The notes beneath the pieces were generated by a model, which made no database searches, was not told the DNA's origin, and saw only the letters and a list, made by a program, of their open reading frames with translations. A DNA stretch of 64,000 bases, from positions 7,014-71,013 of the IMG/VR virus record IMGVR_UViG_3300009124_000009; one strand, given 5' to 3'. Positions within the stretch are counted from its first letter, which is position 1, and every line of letters starts with the position of its first letter. Below, piece by piece: positions 63,939 to 64,000 of the stretch. The stretch is from a virus. Both the position numbers and the translations under genes were made by a program.

Positions 63939-64000
63939 ACTTTTATCGATACTCACTTGCGATTTTGTTTGGTAATCAACATCGTTCCAATGTCTTACTG

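Overview
64-kb segment of a T4-like cyanomyovirus (marine cyanophage, probably infecting Synechococcus given zwf+gnd+petE). Essentially all real genes are on the minus strand. Reading along the + coordinates: (i) 1-46.6 kb, a late structural block with a >2150-aa tail-fibre gene running off the left edge, a 2441-aa VrlC/DUF4815-type virion protein, gp8, a 1172-aa YHYH/cupredoxin protein, a gp9-like protein, a free-standing YHYH protein, a 6166-aa gp7-like baseplate protein, gp6, gp25 and a PAAR spike-tip protein, with T4-type late promoters (NTAAATA); (ii) 46.7-57.2 kb, an early region of about 35 small ORFs plus a 2OG-Fe(II) oxygenase, a superfamily-2 helicase and a PD-(D/E)xK nuclease, punctuated by 8-9 copies of a promoter carrying an upstream palindrome, with a cluster of four TTTTCCACA DnaA-box-like 9-mers; (iii) 57.2-64 kb, a small late fibre module, a U32-family Fe-S/methyltransferase fusion and the auxiliary metabolic genes zwf, gnd and petE. 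Main discovery candidate: TTAA is absent, by manual scan, from positions 1-63764 of this AT-rich DNA (only two copies, both at petE), and the early-promoter-driven nuclease at 53938-54447 resembles the TTAA-cutter MseI as I recall its sequence, with no cognate methyltransferase in the window. This suggests a phage restriction weapon with self-immunity by target-site purging. Second candidate: amicyanin-type blue-copper motifs and YHYH domains built into baseplate-region proteins. All motif counts are by eye and all family assignments come from motif recognition, not database searches.
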